Part shown: in pieces, positions 63,263 through 63,465 of the stretch
How positions within the stretch are numbered: position 1 is the stretch's first letter
Layout: each line of letters starts with the position of its first letter
Origin: a bacterium
GTDB taxonomy: Bacteria; Sysuimicrobiota; Sysuimicrobiia; Sysuimicrobiales; Humicultoraceae
Reading direction: 5' to 3'
NCBI GenBank assembly: GCA_041497675.1
Contig: JBGQGY010000005.1
Location: forward strand, 1 to 63,465
Length of the DNA: 63,465 bases
Notes under the pieces: generated by a model
Seen by the model: only the letters and a program-made list of their open reading frames with translations
Database searches by the model: none
Told to the model about the DNA's origin: nothing
Position numbers and translations under genes: made by a program

Positions 63263-63465
63263 ATGACGCAGTTTTGCACCGTCGAGCGCGACGGCCACCT
63301 GTTGGTCGTCACGATCAACCGACCCGAAGTCCGCAACGCGCTGCACCGTCCCGCCACCGACGAACTCGATCAGATTTGGAACGACTATGAAGGCGACCCC
63401 GACCTGCGTGTCGCGATCCTGACCGGCGCCGGCGACAAGGCGTTTTGCGCCGGCTACGACATGAA
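63263..63465 (+). CDS. enoyl-CoA hydratase/isomerase (crotonase) family protein, N-terminal part (3' end outside window)
   Basis: GGAGG at 63252-63256 precedes ATG 63263. VERDGHLLVVTINRPEVRNAL...AILTGAGDKAFCAGYDM. Open to the end of the window. Confidence 0.8.
   Translation, partial: MTQFCTVERDGHLLVVTINRPEVRNALHRPATDELDQIWNDYEGDPDLRVAILTGAGDKAFCAGYDM

Noticed and set aside
1-63465. Search for CRISPR repeats, IS elements or inverted terminal repeats, integrases, phage genes, toxin-antitoxin pairs or known defence-system genes
   Set aside because: None was found. The only non-trivial nucleotide repeats are the 14-bp tandem repeat at 46373-46400 and the 8-bp repeat at 12550-12566. Every sizeable ORF is accounted for by metabolic, transport or regulatory families, or by the three uncharacterised envelope proteins.

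Overview
This is a 63.5-kb, visibly high-G+C, very gene-dense bacterial chromosomal segment. I call 68 protein-coding genes. GGAGG-type ribosome-binding sites are frequent, many genes have 1-, 4- or 8-nt start/stop overlaps, and there is almost no non-coding DNA. I found no rRNA, tRNA, CRISPR array, transposase, integrase, phage gene or recognisable defence gene. Most long alternative-frame or antisense ORFs in the track are GC-driven shadow ORFs or upstream run-ons of real genes. The content is solute import plus small-molecule catabolism and detoxification. (1) 1-20.7 kb: three Dpp/Opp-type family-5 binding proteins, four permease pairs and only one ATPase pair. They are interleaved with four different C-N hydrolases (M24 creatinase-like, amidohydrolase, AstE/AspA deacylase, creatininase family) and an orphan VWA membrane protein. 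(2) 20.8-22.6 kb and 38.1-39.9 kb: a duplicated ketopantoate-reductase-family plus SDR module. (3) 23.0-28.9 kb: a ugp-like glycerophosphodiester importer flanked by two GDPD paralogues, one of which is degenerate. (4) 28.9-39.1 kb: a DinB / HpcH aldolase / YcaQ(AlkZ-like) glycosylase operon, an ABC-F protein, an F420-type reductase plus MFS pair, a DM13 protein, and an MBL / ICL-PEPM-like / hydrolase / KPR operon. (5) 39.1-43.9 kb: a PotABCD-type importer ending in an SDR. (6) 43.9-51.1 kb: three uncharacterised exported or membrane proteins, a repeat-rich divergent control region, an ABC-2 exporter with a HisKA_3 kinase and NarL-type regulator, and a TPR protein. (7) 51.2-63.5 kb: aldo/keto reductases, an ECF sigma/anti-sigma pair, an Opu-type compatible-solute importer, an exported sulfatase, VOC, cupin, DUF167 and DinB genes, and an IclR-controlled FAD oxidoreductase / enoyl-CoA hydratase locus. 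The most unusual observations are these: the permease/ATPase imbalance, the one-importer-one-hydrolase wiring, two genes whose conserved N-termini precede any canonical start codon, the tandem-repeat/palindrome cluster at 46373-46429, and the uncharacterised membrane/exported trio at 43954-46308. All family calls rest on motifs I read in the translations. No database search was run.
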